Positions 10,464 to 21,277 of a DNA stretch of 64,000 nucleotides are shown one piece after another. Below the pieces are notes generated by a model. It made no database searches and was not told where the DNA came from. It worked only from the letters and a program-made list of their open reading frames with translations. The translations under genes were made by a program, and so were the position numbers. The stretch's first letter is position 1; each line of letters starts with the position of its first letter. Origin of the DNA: Lachnospiraceae bacterium (GTDB lineage: Bacteria; Bacillota; Clostridia; Lachnospirales; Lachnospiraceae); contig JAZSMO010000012.1 in the NCBI GenBank assembly GCA_045535935.1, positions 35,813 to 99,812 of the forward strand, read 5' to 3'.

Positions 10464-10564
10464 CAGGAATTGTCAAAAAGGAGAGTTAAAATCCGCATGA
10501 CATTCAGACCGAATCGGGTTATACTTGTTTTGTACGAATATCTATAAGAGAAAGGTGAGTATAT

Positions 10565-11089
10565 ATGCGAGATAATCCGAGACCGTTTGAGGTTTACAGA
10601 CATTTTAAAGGGAATATGTATCAGATTCTGACGCTTGCTACCGATTCCGAGGACGGAAGCAGCAAAGTGGTATATCAGGCCATGTACGGTGATTATAAAG
10701 TGTATGTGAGAGATCTTGCTATGTTTATGAGCGAGACCGACTGCAGCAAGTATCCGGACTGTGAGCAGAAATACCGTTTTGAAAAGGTTGAAATGAAGCA
10801 GAAGGCGGAGATACCGCAGGTAAAAGAGCTGTCACAGGAAAATGAGGCGCCGAAGGAGGAACCGGCAGGAGAACTCGATCCGGGCGTTGCAGAATATCTG
10901 GATGCGTATACGGTAGATGAGAGAATCAATATTCTTACATCCATGCATCACAGAATTACCGATGACATGCTTATAACCATGGCGGTTGTTACGGATGTAG
11001 AGCTTAACGAAGGATCCACAGAGCAGAAGTATCAGGAACTGAAAAATTATCTTCTCATGAAGCAGAAATTTGAAAAACAAAGATATTAA
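10565..11089 (+). CDS. DUF1653-domain protein
   Basis: The N-terminus YRHFKGNMYQILTLATDSEDGSSKVVYQAMYGD resembles the DUF1653 core as I remember it. The C-terminal half is acidic. Confidence 0.65.
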   Translation: MRDNPRPFEVYRHFKGNMYQILTLATDSEDGSSKVVYQAMYGDYKVYVRDLAMFMSETDCSKYPDCEQKYRFEKVEMKQKAEIPQVKELSQENEAPKEEPAGELDPGVAEYLDAYTVDERINILTSMHHRITDDMLITMAVVTDVELNEGSTEQKYQELKNYLLMKQKFEKQRY

Positions 11090-11155
11090 CCTTTGAATGT
11101 GAGACGGAGCTGACTTTCCTGCAATTTTCGCAGAGACGGAAAGGGAGGAAGGATT

Positions 11156-12064
11156 ATGGGTTTCAGTTTAGAAGACAAGTTAGTGATCGGTGTCAGTTCG
11201 AGAGCGTTGTTCGATCTGTCCGTGGAAAATGAGATTTTCGAGACCGAGGGCGTAGAAGCATATCGGACGTATCAGATGGAACATGAAAATGACTGTTTGA
11301 AACCGGGGCCGGGATTTGCGCTGATTCGTGCACTTCTCAATCTTAACCGGCTGAAGGGCCATGAGAATTGTGTGGAGGTTATCATTATGTCCCGGAACAG
11401 TGCAGACACGTCGCTTCGGGTGTTCCATTCGATTCGGGAATATGGGTTGCCGATTACCCGTGCGGTTTTGGCTTCCGGAGCCTCTTTGGCACCGTATTTG
11501 GAAGCGTTTCATACCGATTTATTTTTGTCCGCCCATGAGGATGATGTGCAGAGTGCGATTGATTGTGGCATTGCGGCGGGTATTATATGCAGCGACGGGA
11601 TACATACATACAGCCATGCGGATGTACCTGCCCAGATTCGGATTGCCTTTGATGGTGATGCGGTTATTTTTTCGGATGAATCCGAGCAGATTTATCAGGA
11701 AAAAGGGCTGGAAGCCTTTGAAGAAAATGAGCGCCTTCAGGCTCAAAATCCATTGAAGGAAGGGCCGTTTGCAGGATTCTTACGACTTTTGTCAGAGATT
11801 CAGAAAGAGTTTCCGGGGCAGGAGGTTCCGATCCGCACAGCGCTTGTGACGGCCAGATGTGCTCCGGCTCATGAGAGAGTGATCCGGACACTGCGTGCAT
11901 GGAATGTCCGGGTGGACGAGGCGTTTTTCCTCGGCGGAATTCCGAAAAGAGATTTTCTCAAAGCATTCGGTGCACATATCTTCTTTGATGATCAGATGGT
12001 GCACACGCTGGCAGCTTCGGAGGTAGTGCCGGCGGCAAGAGTACCTTACAAGAATTCTGCGTGA
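11156..12064 (+). CDS. 5'-nucleotidase family protein (PF06189-like)
   Basis: 302 aa. It begins LVIGVSSRALFDLSVENEIFETEG and ends FFDDQ, as in the cytosolic 5'-nucleotidase family. A strong SD is present. Confidence 0.65.
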   Translation: MGFSLEDKLVIGVSSRALFDLSVENEIFETEGVEAYRTYQMEHENDCLKPGPGFALIRALLNLNRLKGHENCVEVIIMSRNSADTSLRVFHSIREYGLPITRAVLASGASLAPYLEAFHTDLFLSAHEDDVQSAIDCGIAAGIICSDGIHTYSHADVPAQIRIAFDGDAVIFSDESEQIYQEKGLEAFEENERLQAQNPLKEGPFAGFLRLLSEIQKEFPGQEVPIRTALVTARCAPAHERVIRTLRAWNVRVDEAFFLGGIPKRDFLKAFGAHIFFDDQMVHTLAASEVVPAARVPYKNSA

Positions 12065-12095
12065 TGTGAATGTTATGCAGACAGCAGGAGAATAA

Positions 12096-13181
12096 ATGAT
12101 TTCAGATATTATCGTAGAACCGCTTCTTACGTGGTACGACCAAAATAAAAGAATATTGCCATGGAGAGAAAACAGGGATCCATATCGCATCTGGGTGTCG
12201 GAGATTATGCTCCAACAGACCCGTGTTGAGGCAGTAAAGCCTTATTATGACCGGTTTGTCAAGGAATTGCCGGATGTCAGAAGCCTTGCACAGGCAGAGG
12301 AAGAAAGGCTTTTGAAATTGTGGGAAGGACTGGGGGATTATAACCGTGTCAAAAATATGCAGAAAGCTGCAAAGATGATTATGGAGAGTTATGGGGGCAA
12401 AATGCCGGAGGAGTATGATCTGCTTTTGCAGCTTCCGGGAATCGGCGCATATACGGCCGGTGCGGTTGCTTCTATTGCATATAATCAGCCGGTAGTGGCA
12501 GTCGACGGCAATGTGCTTCGCATTGTTACAAGACTGACGGCGGATTCAAGTGATATTCTCAGTGAAAAATTTAAACGCCATATACAGCAGGAACTTCTAA
12601 AGATTGTTCCTTGGGTCAGACCCGGTGATTTTAACCAGGCACTGATGGAGCTGGGAGCTACCGTATGTCTCCCGAACGGAGCGCCGAAATGCGATGAGTG
12701 TCCTTGGCATGATATGTGTATGGCCAGAGAACAGGGAAGGCTGGAGGAGATACCCTTTAAAAGGAAAAAGAAAGCCCGTGTGATAGAGAAAAAAACCGTT
12801 CTTTTACTTCAGGACGGAGCGCATACACTGATCCGCAGACGTCCGGATCAGGGACTGTTGGCGGGGCTATATGAATTTCCGCTTTTTGACGGATGGCTGG
12901 ATGAAGAACAGATAAAACAGGAAGTACAAAACCTTGGATGCTCTGCCTTGTATATCAAAGAGTCAGAGACTGCCGTACACATATTTTCTCATAAGGAATG
13001 GCATATGAAGGGGTGGCTTGTGAAGGTGGAAGAGCAGGGATTTTCTCATGGCGCTCTAAAGGAAGGCTGTTACCTGGTGACTTCCCAAACCATACAGTCC
13101 CAATATCCGATTCCAAGTGCTTTTCGTGCGTACACAAAATATGTGGATGTTTTACTTGGCAACGATATTTTTTTGAAGTAA
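12096..13181 (+). CDS. mutY: A/G-specific adenine DNA glycosylase
   Basis: LLTWYDQNKRILPWRE, SEIMLQQTRV, an HhH-GPD region (LPGIGAYTAGAV), an Fe-S cluster Cys pattern (C..PKCDECPW...C) and a NUDIX-like C-terminal domain. Confidence 0.9.
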   Translation: MISDIIVEPLLTWYDQNKRILPWRENRDPYRIWVSEIMLQQTRVEAVKPYYDRFVKELPDVRSLAQAEEERLLKLWEGLGDYNRVKNMQKAAKMIMESYGGKMPEEYDLLLQLPGIGAYTAGAVASIAYNQPVVAVDGNVLRIVTRLTADSSDILSEKFKRHIQQELLKIVPWVRPGDFNQALMELGATVCLPNGAPKCDECPWHDMCMAREQGRLEEIPFKRKKKARVIEKKTVLLLQDGAHTLIRRRPDQGLLAGLYEFPLFDGWLDEEQIKQEVQNLGCSALYIKESETAVHIFSHKEWHMKGWLVKVEEQGFSHGALKEGCYLVTSQTIQSQYPIPSAFRAYTKYVDVLLGNDIFLK

Positions 13182-13220
13182 AATCATTTTGATAAATAAT
13201 AAAAGTAAGAGGTTGGATAT

Positions 13221-14237
13221 ATGAAATTATTGACAATCACCGTACCGTGTTACAATTCGGCGGCGTATATGGAGCGCTGTGTGGATTCACTTCTTGTGGG
13301 CGGTGAAGAGGTAGAAATTATTATAGTCAACGACGGCTCGTCCGATCAGACAGCGCAGATTGCAGATGCGTATGCTCGTAAATATCCGACGATTGTCCGT
13401 GCGATCCACAAGGAAAACGGCGGCCATGGTTCGGCGGTCAATACCGGAATAGAAAATGCTACCGGATTGTATTTTAAAGTGGTGGACAGCGATGACTGGG
13501 TCAGTGAGAAGTCATACAAAGAGATTTTGGAGACCCTGCATGAGCTGGTCGTTTCCGGTAATCAGGTCGACATGTTACTTGCAAATTATGTATATGAAAA
13601 GGAAGGGGAAAAGCGTAAGAAAGTAGTTTCTTTCCGCCGCGCACTTCCGAAGAATGAAATATTCACATGGGATGAAGTGCGTCATTTCAAAAAGACGGAG
13701 TATATTCTCATGCATTCTATTATTTACAGAACGAGACTCCTTCATGAATGCGAACTTGAGCTTCCGGAGCACACGTTCTATGTGGACAATATATTTGCTT
13801 TCAATCCGCTTCCGTATGTCAGAAAGATGTATTATATTGATACAAATTTTTATCGTTATTACATCGGAAGAGAAGATCAGTCGGTCAATGAGAAAGTGAT
13901 GATCGGCCGCATTGACCAGCAGATCAAGGTCAACAAGCTGATGGTAGAATATTTCACGGAGACCAGAATTCCAAACAGGAAGACATATCGCTATATGATC
14001 AAATATCTGGATATTATCACCACGGTTTCTTCCATTATGCTGATCCGTGCGCGCACGGCGGAGGCACTGGAAAAGAAAGAAGAACTTTGGAAATATATCC
14101 GCATCACCAATCCGAGATTGTTCCGCCGTCTTCGCTACGGACTTCTCGGTAACGTAATCAATCTTCCGGGCAAGGGCGGAAGAAGATGCAGTGAGGCAAT
14201 TTATCGTTTGGCACAGAAGGTAATGAAATTTAACTGA
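13221..14237 (+). CDS. glycosyltransferase family 2
   Basis: ITVPCYNSAAYMERCVDSLL, IIIVNDGSSD and VDSDDW (DxD) motifs. Confidence 0.85.
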   Translation: MKLLTITVPCYNSAAYMERCVDSLLVGGEEVEIIIVNDGSSDQTAQIADAYARKYPTIVRAIHKENGGHGSAVNTGIENATGLYFKVVDSDDWVSEKSYKEILETLHELVVSGNQVDMLLANYVYEKEGEKRKKVVSFRRALPKNEIFTWDEVRHFKKTEYILMHSIIYRTRLLHECELELPEHTFYVDNIFAFNPLPYVRKMYYIDTNFYRYYIGREDQSVNEKVMIGRIDQQIKVNKLMVEYFTETRIPNRKTYRYMIKYLDIITTVSSIMLIRARTAEALEKKEELWKYIRITNPRLFRRLRYGLLGNVINLPGKGGRRCSEAIYRLAQKVMKFN

Positions 14238-15322
14238 TGAGTACGATTATTTTTACGATGACACATAAGGCGTTTACGCCGCCGAGTGATCCGATGTTTG
14301 TTCCGCTTCAAGTTGGGAAGGCACTGCGGGAGAACCTCGGCTATATCGGAGATGATACAGGGGATTCCATTTCTGCATGGAATCCTTATTTCAGTGAGCT
14401 TACAGGTATGTACTGGGTGTGGAAAAATTTTAAAACCGACGGAAATGTCGGATTGTGCCATTACCGGCGTTTTCTCATTCATGAGGACGGAAACGTTATC
14501 ACGGAGAAAGAGTACGATACCTTTCTCACAGACTACGATCTGATTACCACCAAGCAGGTTGTGCTCAACAATTCCTACTATGACGGCTATGCGGTCAATC
14601 ATCATATCAAGGATCTGATTGAGACCGGGAATGTGATAAAAGAAATGTATCCGGACTATCATGCGGATTTCGAGCGGATTGTTCACGGAAACCGCACCTA
14701 TTTCGGAAACATGATCGTCTGCAAAAAGACATTGTTTGACGCCTATTCCAAATGGCTGTTTGATATTCTTTTTGAGGTAAAAAAACGCATCGATATCGAG
14801 AATTACGATAATTACAGAAAGCGTGTGTTCGGTTTTATATCCGAGATACTTCTTTTGGTATACGCAGAGCATAACAGGCTGCGTGTCTGTGAATGCAAGG
14901 TCGGAATGCCGGAGGAAAAGGTGGAGACAAGAGAGGTCAAAGAACAACTGAAAGACTTTTTTAGCCGAAAAGATTACAAGGGAGCCGGTGATTGTCTGAG
15001 AATGGCGCTTGCCAAACGGCCCGATATTCTGATGGAGGCTTCGGATGTGGACGGACATCTCATGTTGTCGCTGGAAATCATCACAATCTGTGAACAGGAA
15101 GAAGCATCCGCAAATGAAAATATTTTGAGTAAAATTCAAGATTTTGAGGAACTGCTCCAATGGGTCTGCGAGTTGAACCACCTCGCAGAGCAAAAGACAA
15201 AAGAACGTTTAAAGCCGCATCAGTGGCAAAAAACATGTTGTGAAAAAAAGATTACGCCGCAGGCTTATGAAGTGGCCTGTGTGGTGGCAGAGCGAAAAAG
15301 AAAATTGTCCATGGCAGACTAA
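14237..15322 (+). CDS. DUF4422-domain protein (putative glycosyltransferase)
   Basis: Its start overlaps the GT2 stop (TGATG). FVPLQVGKA...NPYFSELTGMYWVWKN...CHYRRF is characteristic of DUF4422. Confidence 0.7.
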   Translation: MSTIIFTMTHKAFTPPSDPMFVPLQVGKALRENLGYIGDDTGDSISAWNPYFSELTGMYWVWKNFKTDGNVGLCHYRRFLIHEDGNVITEKEYDTFLTDYDLITTKQVVLNNSYYDGYAVNHHIKDLIETGNVIKEMYPDYHADFERIVHGNRTYFGNMIVCKKTLFDAYSKWLFDILFEVKKRIDIENYDNYRKRVFGFISEILLLVYAEHNRLRVCECKVGMPEEKVETREVKEQLKDFFSRKDYKGAGDCLRMALAKRPDILMEASDVDGHLMLSLEIITICEQEEASANENILSKIQDFEELLQWVCELNHLAEQKTKERLKPHQWQKTCCEKKITPQAYEVACVVAERKRKLSMAD

Positions 15323-15987
15323 TGAGATAGTTTGCTATGGACAACTTTTTTTGCCGGTACATCTGCGAGGATGTAAAGCGGTATATAGACAGCAACAAAT
15401 AATAGAACTGCTGCTATAACATCAATGACAGAATGCTGTTTTAAAAATAGCGTGGACAGCACAACGGAGATGCATGTCACGAAAGAGATCGGACAGATCC
15501 ATTTTTTCTTGCGGAGTGATTGGCTTTTGCGCACCGCCGCATGGACAGCGAGAGAATTAAAACAGTGAATACTCGGCAGTACGTTGGTGGAAGTGTCGGA
15601 TCTGTGAAGTATCTTTACCAAATCCACAAACATGTTGTCCCTTGCAAATTCTGTCGGACGAATGCGCAGACCGTTCGGATAGATAAACGATACGAACAAA
15701 AATACAGTCATTCCGACGCCGAGCATGGTACAGAGTCTATAGTAGTCTTTGCGTTCCAGAAACATGAATCCCACAACGGCAGCACCGATGTAGATAAACC
15801 ATAGCAGATAAGGGACAATGAAGTATTCACAAAATGGAATATATGCATCCAGATCTGATTCGATGATGTGAATACGTTCTATCGGTCTGCTCTCCAGATA
15901 GGCAAAAATCGGCATATAAAATATTCCGTATATGACGGGCAACAGCATATGTCCGTGTTTTTTCAAAAACGGTTTGATCCTGTTCAT
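15319..15987 (-). CDS. PAP2-family phosphatase (membrane)
   Basis: 222 aa polytopic protein with PAP2 motifs PSIHC and HSVIDV. Its 3' end overlaps the convergent gene by 4 nt. Confidence 0.8.
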   Translation of the reverse strand: MNRIKPFLKKHGHMLLPVIYGIFYMPIFAYLESRPIERIHIIESDLDAYIPFCEYFIVPYLLWFIYIGAAVVGFMFLERKDYYRLCTMLGVGMTVFLFVSFIYPNGLRIRPTEFARDNMFVDLVKILHRSDTSTNVLPSIHCFNSLAVHAAVRKSQSLRKKKWICPISFVTCISVVLSTLFLKQHSVIDVIAAVLLFVAVYIPLYILADVPAKKVVHSKLSH

Positions 15988-16031
15988 GAAAAATCCTTTC
16001 TGCGAGCCTGCGGCTGCTGCTTGTTGAGCAG

Positions 16032-16967
16032 TCAGGCTTTGCGATAGTTAAGTTTGGAATCTTCCGTATGTATGGTGAGCTCCGTATAGTGTCCGCAAAT
16101 CTCGCCGTCTGTGTGTACGCAGAGCGGTTTGCTTGTAACAATACGGATTCTGCGGGCTTTGTACATATGAATACCTTTATGCCCCTTGTGTTTTCCTTTC
16201 AGTGCAAGAGGAAAAACAGGAAGCGCCTGTAATGCCGTCAGATTGCTTGCGACGCACACATCCAGAAGACCGTCGGTGCCATCTGCATCCGGGCAGAGCA
16301 TAAATCCGCCGCCTTCGTAAGGAAGCTGCATAAACGAGGCAAAAATGAGGCGGTTGAAATGAATCGGTGGCTTATCGTCGAGATACAAATCACAGGACAC
16401 CGTCTCAAGAGAAATCAGTTGTTTTAAGGCGACGGCACAATAAATCAGTTTGCCCAGCCCCAGTTTGTTAAAAACATTTTTAAAAGGGGAACGCAACACT
16501 TCGTCACAGGTGGCGGCGTCAAAACCGATGCCGCAGCTGACGTTGAAGCGCCTTGATTTTTTGCCGTAACACGCTGCGCCGACATCCGTCTGCCTGGTGA
16601 CACCGCATTTTTTGAGTCCGGCCACCGTATCCACCGGGTCGGCGGATATACCGAGTGCTCTTGCGAAGTCATTGCTTGTTCCTGTCGGAAGATAAGAAAC
16701 GATCGTATGCTCTATATCATCGATGGCATTGACAACGCAGTTGAGTGTACCGTCACCGCCGAGAACAATCAGGCGGTTTAAGGACCCGTTGTGTGCAAAA
16801 AGCTGACGGTCGGTCACTGATTTTGTGTAGTTTCTTAAATCTTTTTCGGATTTGGTAAAGTGTACAATATATGTAACTTTGGCTTGGTCAAGCGCTGCTC
16901 TTAAGTGCTTCCACTGTTTTCTTGCAAGTCCCGACCTGGAACTTGGATTTACAATTACATGATACAT
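16032..16967 (-). CDS. diacylglycerol/lipid kinase family protein (YegS/BmrU-like)
   Basis: N-terminus VIVNPSSRSG plus the GGDGTLN motif. 311 aa. Confidence 0.85.
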   Translation of the reverse strand: MYHVIVNPSSRSGLARKQWKHLRAALDQAKVTYIVHFTKSEKDLRNYTKSVTDRQLFAHNGSLNRLIVLGGDGTLNCVVNAIDDIEHTIVSYLPTGTSNDFARALGISADPVDTVAGLKKCGVTRQTDVGAACYGKKSRRFNVSCGIGFDAATCDEVLRSPFKNVFNKLGLGKLIYCAVALKQLISLETVSCDLYLDDKPPIHFNRLIFASFMQLPYEGGGFMLCPDADGTDGLLDVCVASNLTALQALPVFPLALKGKHKGHKGIHMYKARRIRIVTSKPLCVHTDGEICGHYTELTIHTEDSKLNYRKA

Positions 16968-17196
16968 AGCTTACCTCATAAGATACGGAATAATATACAA
17001 AAATTAATTGCTGTGTTTCCGATAGACATAATCATACCATAAACATCCAAAGGCTTCTATAAATAAAAATAAAATTAATAAAAAATTAGGATTTTCAGTT
17101 GGGACAAAATATGATATAATTTCGAACGAGGTGTATGTATGTGTGCATACTCGCAGGAAAAGACTTAAAATATTATAATATACGGGAGGTACAAAT

Positions 17197-18435
17197 ATGT
17201 ATTCTTTAGATGAAGTAAGGAACGTAGACCCGGAAATCGCACAGGCGATTGAGGCGGAGCAGGCGAGACAGAATGACCATATCGAGCTGATTGCTTCCGA
17301 AAACTGGGTGAGCAAAGCAGTGATGGCAGCGATGGGCAGCCCGCTGACAAACAAATATGCAGAAGGTTATCCGGCAAAACGTTACTACGGCGGATGTGAC
17401 TGCGTGGACGTAGTGGAAGACCTTGCAAGAGACAGAGCCAAAGAGCTGTTTGGTTGTGACTATGCGAACGTTCAGCCACACTCAGGCGCACAGGCCAATA
17501 TGGCAGTATTCTTTGCTGTTATGGAGCCGGGCGATACATATATGGGTATGAACCTTGACCACGGCGGACATTTATCACATGGATCACCTGTAAATATGTC
17601 AGGTAAATATTACAACTGCGTACCTTACGGTGTAAACGATGACGGTTTCATCGACTATGATAAAGTAAGAGAGATTGCACTTGACTGCAAACCGAAAATG
17701 ATCATCGCAGGTGCATCTGCTTACGCAAGAAAGATCGACTTTAAGAAATTCCGTGAGATCGCTGATGAAGTAGGTGCTGTTCTCATGGTAGATATGGCTC
17801 ACATTGCAGGTCTTGTTGCAACAGGTCAGCATGAAAGCCCGATTCCTTACGCAGACGTTGTGACTACCACAACACACAAGACACTCCGCGGACCTCGTGG
17901 CGGACTTATCCTCTGCAACCAGGAAGCAGCAGATAAATTCAACTTCAACAAAGCCATCTTCCCGGGTATCCAGGGTGGACCGCTTATGCACGTAATCGCT
18001 GCAAAAGCAGTATGTTTCAAAGAAGCTCTTTCCGATGAGTTCAAAGCATACGGAAAAGCAGTCATCGACAACGCACAGGCTCTTTCCAAGGGGCTTATGG
18101 ACAGAGGTATCAAGATTGTATCCGGCGGTACAGACAACCACCTGATGCTTGTAGATCTTACAAACTTTGATCTGACAGGAAAGGCTGTTGAGAAGCTTCT
18201 TGATCAGGCGCATATTACAGCCAACAAGAACACCATCCCGAACGATCCGAAGTCACCGTTCGTGACAAGTGGTATCCGTCTCGGAACACCGGCCGTAACT
18301 TCCCGTGGTATGAACACAGAAGATATGGACAAGATTGCAGAAGCTATCGCACTTGTAATCAAAGGCGGCGAGGAGAAAGTTCCTGAGGCACAGGCTATCG
18401 TGGCTGAGCTCACAAAGAAATATCCGCTGAACTAA
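17197..18435 (+). CDS. glyA: serine hydroxymethyltransferase
   Basis: 412 aa. Highly conserved SHMT blocks are present ([37 protein letters not shown]). Confidence 0.97.
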   Translation: MYSLDEVRNVDPEIAQAIEAEQARQNDHIELIASENWVSKAVMAAMGSPLTNKYAEGYPAKRYYGGCDCVDVVEDLARDRAKELFGCDYANVQPHSGAQANMAVFFAVMEPGDTYMGMNLDHGGHLSHGSPVNMSGKYYNCVPYGVNDDGFIDYDKVREIALDCKPKMIIAGASAYARKIDFKKFREIADEVGAVLMVDMAHIAGLVATGQHESPIPYADVVTTTTHKTLRGPRGGLILCNQEAADKFNFNKAIFPGIQGGPLMHVIAAKAVCFKEALSDEFKAYGKAVIDNAQALSKGLMDRGIKIVSGGTDNHLMLVDLTNFDLTGKAVEKLLDQAHITANKNTIPNDPKSPFVTSGIRLGTPAVTSRGMNTEDMDKIAEAIALVIKGGEEKVPEAQAIVAELTKKYPLN

Positions 18436-18449
18436 TTTTAAGAATAGCG

Positions 18450-18487
18450 AAACCCGCACAGACGGTTGTCTGCGCGGGTTTTTTTGT
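18450..18487. terminator. bidirectional rho-independent terminator between glyA and the convergent fusion gene
   Basis: AAACCCGCACAGAC-GGTT-GTCTGCGCGGGTTT hairpin with a T-run on the plus strand and an A-run on its 5' side. Confidence 0.75.
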
Positions 18488-18493
18488 GCCATG

Positions 18494-21268
18494 TTATTCC
18501 TTCACGCCTCCAAGCACAATTCTCGAAACAATGCTTTTGGAAAAGAAAAGATATACAATCAGTGTCGGAAGGGTAAACAGGATCATTGACACATACATTT
18601 CCGGGCTTCCGGACGAGCCGCGCGGAGGCGCTCCTTCCATAAGCGTTGCGATGGTCCGCACTTCCGGCATAATAAGAATCAGGCTGTGCATAAAACCGTT
18701 GTTCCATGAGGCGGTAAAAGTAAAAATAAATTGCAGACACAGAGCCGGTTTTATAGATGGCAGTATCATCCGGTGGAAAATCGAAAGCTCCGAACATCCG
18801 TCGATTCGGGCTGCTTCCACAATGCTTTGCAAAGGAATCATCTTTAGATACATGCGCATAAAGTAAGCGGTCGCAGGCGTAGCAACGGCCGGCAGAATCA
18901 GTGGAACAAGTGTGTTTAAAAGCCCAAGATTCAGCGACAGCTTAAAGAAACCGACGGAGGTAGAAATCTGTGAAAACATCATTGCTGCGATGACAATTTT
19001 CCAAAGCGTTTTTCTGCCGCGGAAACGGAACATCTCAAAGCCGTATGCACACATACTTCCGAAATAAACGGCAAGCGTACCGGAAGAGAGTGAAACAATG
19101 AGAGAATATATCATGGCCTTGGAAATCGGACACAGCGAATAGCTTTCCGCCATCATAACATTGCTGTAGTTTTCCAAAAACTTTCCTTCCGGAATCAGGG
19201 TGAATCCGCGATGTATCAGGCTGTAGGCAGTGCGTGTGGAATTGACCAGCATAATGCCGATCGGATAAAGCGCTGCCAGGCAGAGCAGAGTACAGATGAA
19301 ACTCCGTAGCAGAATGGTTCTTACTGTCTTCGGATGTCGTCGCACGTATCGGATGCAGGCTTTAACGTCTGCTTTTTTCTTTTGGAAATATGCTTTGACA
19401 GCCGGCCGGATATCCGTTTTTTTCGGAAGCGGCCGCTTATTTATTTTACAAAGTACAAAGGTAATAATTTCGTGCAGCAGGCTCGCAGCCAGGATGGAAC
19501 AGACAAGCACGCATACGACAAAGAGACCGACGCCGGAAATCATTCCGAGATGCATGATAAACAGGTTGTGGATCAGATAAAGTTCCAGTGAAATTTTTCC
19601 GAGAAAATCCAGAACCCGGTTTTCAAAACGGCATTTTAAGGAAATCAGGAGCATCAGACAGACAAAGAAAAATGTCATGGTCAGCTGCGGACCCAGCGTC
19701 AGGAATTTGTCTGCATATCCCGGATTGGCTGCGGTTTCTGTCCAGTAGCCGTGGTTTGCCAGCATATAGCCGTTCAGTCGCGTAAAGGCACCAAAGCCGA
19801 TGAGACATCCGACGCATAGTAAAACATAGTATTTTTTACAAAAATCCAAAAACTTTGTTTCTTTCAAGGCAACGACAATTCCGAAGAAGAAAATCAGTGT
19901 GGAATTGTACCACCATTCGCCCTGAAACCAGTAATCGCCGTGACATAAAAGCAGGCTGAAGACAGTCAGCACACAAAGGAAGATAAACATACAGCCCACG
20001 GCGATTTTCCGGTTTTTGATAAAACGCATACAAAGATAAAAAGCGAGGTATAAAAAGGCAATCTCGACAATATACCACATATGAGTGTTGCGCAAAATCC
20101 ATCCGGTCAAATATCCGGCCCACTCTTTGAGATTGTAGTGTTTTCCCAAGCAGATATCCACAAGGAGGAAAACAAAGGTACATAAATAAAACGGAATCAG
20201 GATGGTAGGGAAACGCTTCTTGAAAAAGCCTTTCAGGTATCCCTCCTTTTCCAGCGTGCTTTTCATCAGTCCGTAGCCGGAGTAGAAGAAGAAAGCACCG
20301 ACAAGACAAACACCGAAGTTTTCCAGCACCTTAAAGATACTCGCATTTTCGGCGCCGACGGTCTGCACCAGGTGATGCATGACGATCAGAACGGCGAAAA
20401 AACCAAGCAGCGCTTTGGACTGTTTCAAACTGAGCGGGTCCTTTTGCCATGCACCGTAAATTTCGCTTTCATCGATTTGCCCGTGCTCCAGCATACGCAG
20501 CTCTTTGGCGCTCGGAATATAGTCTTCATCCTTGATTTTCATTCCGCAAAGAAGGATATAGCCCAGCGGAAGAATGAGAACCCATATGGAAAAACTGAAT
20601 TTTTTTGCCAAATCCAGAAATGTCTTTTTCGGCTCCTTCACACCGGCGGTTGCGTTTCCGGATGAAATGCTCTTAAGAACCGGCAGCATTTGGACATCCA
20701 GTGCCTTCAGCTGCGCTTCTGTGTCAAAGGCTTCCACATCATAGTGGTAGCAGTTCAGAAACAGATATTTGTCGCCGATGACAGTTGTGTATTTCGTATA
20801 AAGTGCATAATCACGGTGGACCTCCTCGGAATAAGAAGTGATTTCCTTTTCGAAGGTGATGTCCCTCAGGGTGACTTCTTCCCGACCGATTAGATTGTAA
20901 TTGGCAGGGTCTGTGTTATCCGGATTTGAAAAGGAGGCAGGAGCATCGCCGGTATCCGAAACGTACAGTTCAAGAAAGTTTTGCCAGTTGTCATCGATAA
21001 GCAGAAAAGAGACTCCCATTTTCTCCATCTCGCTCCGGAGCCCCTTTTTGTTATCCTTAAAAAATCGTGTCCATTTCCGGTCGGTTTCAAAGGAAATATC
21101 GGCATCTTTGACATATGTAATCGTTTTTCGGCCGGCATAAACGGTCTTTCCGTGTTTGGAGGCTTCCTCCTTGCTACCCGCCACATTTCCGGTGAGTGCA
21201 ACGGAGAGCACCGATATGACAAGGAGCAAAAGGACAGTATGTGTATTCCATTTAAACGGTATTTTCAT
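18494..21268 (-). CDS. tripartite fusion: signal-anchored extracellular domain + acyltransferase-3 domain + MalG-type ABC transporter permease
   Basis: A single uninterrupted 924 aa ORF. Residues about 1-220: TM helix plus a soluble domain. About 285-610: acyltransferase_3-like polytopic region (ALLGFFAVLIVMHHL..., FLGKISLELYLIHN). About 640-924: full carbohydrate ABC permease with the EAA loop (EAARIDGCSELSIFHRMILPSIKPAL). Confidence 0.8.
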   Translation of the reverse strand: MKIPFKWNTHTVLLLLVISVLSVALTGNVAGSKEEASKHGKTVYAGRKTITYVKDADISFETDRKWTRFFKDNKKGLRSEMEKMGVSFLLIDDNWQNFLELYVSDTGDAPASFSNPDNTDPANYNLIGREEVTLRDITFEKEITSYSEEVHRDYALYTKYTTVIGDKYLFLNCYHYDVEAFDTEAQLKALDVQMLPVLKSISSGNATAGVKEPKKTFLDLAKKFSFSIWVLILPLGYILLCGMKIKDEDYIPSAKELRMLEHGQIDESEIYGAWQKDPLSLKQSKALLGFFAVLIVMHHLVQTVGAENASIFKVLENFGVCLVGAFFFYSGYGLMKSTLEKEGYLKGFFKKRFPTILIPFYLCTFVFLLVDICLGKHYNLKEWAGYLTGWILRNTHMWYIVEIAFLYLAFYLCMRFIKNRKIAVGCMFIFLCVLTVFSLLLCHGDYWFQGEWWYNSTLIFFFGIVVALKETKFLDFCKKYYVLLCVGCLIGFGAFTRLNGYMLANHGYWTETAANPGYADKFLTLGPQLTMTFFFVCLMLLISLKCRFENRVLDFLGKISLELYLIHNLFIMHLGMISGVGLFVVCVLVCSILAASLLHEIITFVLCKINKRPLPKKTDIRPAVKAYFQKKKADVKACIRYVRRHPKTVRTILLRSFICTLLCLAALYPIGIMLVNSTRTAYSLIHRGFTLIPEGKFLENYSNVMMAESYSLCPISKAMIYSLIVSLSSGTLAVYFGSMCAYGFEMFRFRGRKTLWKIVIAAMMFSQISTSVGFFKLSLNLGLLNTLVPLILPAVATPATAYFMRMYLKMIPLQSIVEAARIDGCSELSIFHRMILPSIKPALCLQFIFTFTASWNNGFMHSLILIMPEVRTIATLMEGAPPRGSSGSPEMYVSMILFTLPTLIVYLFFSKSIVSRIVLGGVKE

Positions 21269-21277
21269 GTAGAGTAC

